DNA of 64,000 nucleotides from Eubacteriales bacterium (GTDB lineage Bacteria; Bacillota; Clostridia; Oscillospirales; CAG-272): NCBI GenBank assembly GCA_045123255.1, contig JBGVIN010000010.1, positions 3,044 to 67,043 of the forward strand, read 5' to 3'. Shown piece by piece: positions 63,330 to 64,000 of this stretch (position 1 is its first letter; each line of letters starts with the position of its first letter). The notes under the pieces were generated by a model. It saw only the letters and a program-made list of their open reading frames with translations, ran no database searches and was not told where the DNA came from. The position numbers and the translations under genes were made by a program.

Positions 63330-63977
63330 TTATTTTTTGCGTTTTTTAACAATATTAGCAGCCGTGATTGCACCCACTGATAAAGCTACAACGCAAGCGA
63401 AAGCAATGCATATTGCCGCACAAGCTATAATCCTTTCGTTTGTTTCGTGCTTTTCATTCCCATTATTTTGTTCAATCGGCGTTTCATTCTGAATATCGTT
63501 TGATGAATTTTCTTTGTTGTTTTCGTCGATTGTTGGTTCATCTTGATTTTCGGTGCTTTCCTGAAAGCCTTTCCAATCGGTTTTAGTTTCTAAATAATAT
63601 ATAAAAGATAAGCATCCGCCGGTTAACGTTCCGTCAGCACCGTGATTGAATTCATATGATGAAATGTACTCGTAATAATCGGTCAAATACTTATTATATA
63701 CTTCCTCCTTAAACCAAACCCCTGAGGCCTTCTTATTTTCATAATGTACTATGTAAGTGCCGTTATCTGTAACGTAATAGACGGAAGCACCAAAATGAGA
63801 AGCATATTCATCAAAGCAATAAATATTAAGAATTTGAAGCTTTTTCCCGAAAATTTCAAAATCAGTAGTTATTTTTTTAATATCATTTATATAATTCAGA
63901 TCGATGTTTGGTGAAGTGCTAATATAAATTCTATCGTTGTAAACGCCTTTGGTTAACATTATATTTTTGTTCAGCAT
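63330..63977 (-). CDS. hypothetical C-terminally membrane-anchored protein, AT-rich gene (5' end may extend beyond the window)
   Basis: 215-aa ORF. C-terminal TM IIACAAICIAFACVVALSVGAITAANIV followed by KKRKK. An Asn/Glu-rich linker. No in-frame stop between the first ATG and the window edge. Confidence 0.55.
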   Translation of the reverse strand: MLNKNIMLTKGVYNDRIYISTSPNIDLNYINDIKKITTDFEIFGKKLQILNIYCFDEYASHFGASVYYVTDNGTYIVHYENKKASGVWFKEEVYNKYLTDYYEYISSYEFNHGADGTLTGGCLSFIYYLETKTDWKGFQESTENQDEPTIDENNKENSSNDIQNETPIEQNNGNEKHETNERIIACAAICIAFACVVALSVGAITAANIVKKRKK

Positions 63978-64000
63978 AGCATAATGAACATAGTCTAATT

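Overview
This 64-kb window looks like a chromosomal segment of an endospore-forming Firmicute of the class Clostridia. Supporting signs are spoIIE, a class-A RNase P RNA, a split transketolase, AGGAG-type RBSs and TTGACA-17-TATAAT promoters. Almost all genes are on the minus strand.

Housekeeping content:
- tpiA, pgk, uppP, a U32 peptidase and rnpB
- a UPF0126/TRIC-like channel and a DUF1015 protein
- a polar amino-acid ABC transporter
- three cytoplasmic glycosidase-like genes
- spoIIE, two lipoproteins and tktAB

Accessory content carries most of the interest:
1. One uninterrupted 21,063-nt ORF (7,020 aa, 14760-35822) encodes a secreted, highly modular protein with beta-helix, GLUG-like and Cys-repeat parts. 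It has its own near-consensus promoter, a co-oriented 66-aa ORF and a strong terminator.
2. The giant gene is bracketed by dense clusters of short structured repeats. These include GTAG-headed hairpins (REP-like, some in inverted doublets). They also include an unusual array grammar: a constant 7-8-nt AT-rich word followed by a variable perfect palindrome. Stems differ between copies while keeping complementarity.
3. A partial IS200/IS605 element (tnpA, not in the ORF track) sits at the left edge.
4. A 250-330-bp interspersed element carrying convergent terminators is present twice, including inside the pgk-tpiA spacer.
5. A nine-gene, translationally coupled, phage-like tail-fibre/adhesin operon (54378-62754) has three membrane proteins. 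It has no recognisable capsid, portal, large terminase, tube/sheath, lysin or integrase gene in the window.

All product calls come from motif recognition by eye. No database search, HMM scan, structure prediction or statistics could be run. Family names and boundaries of non-coding elements are hypotheses to verify.
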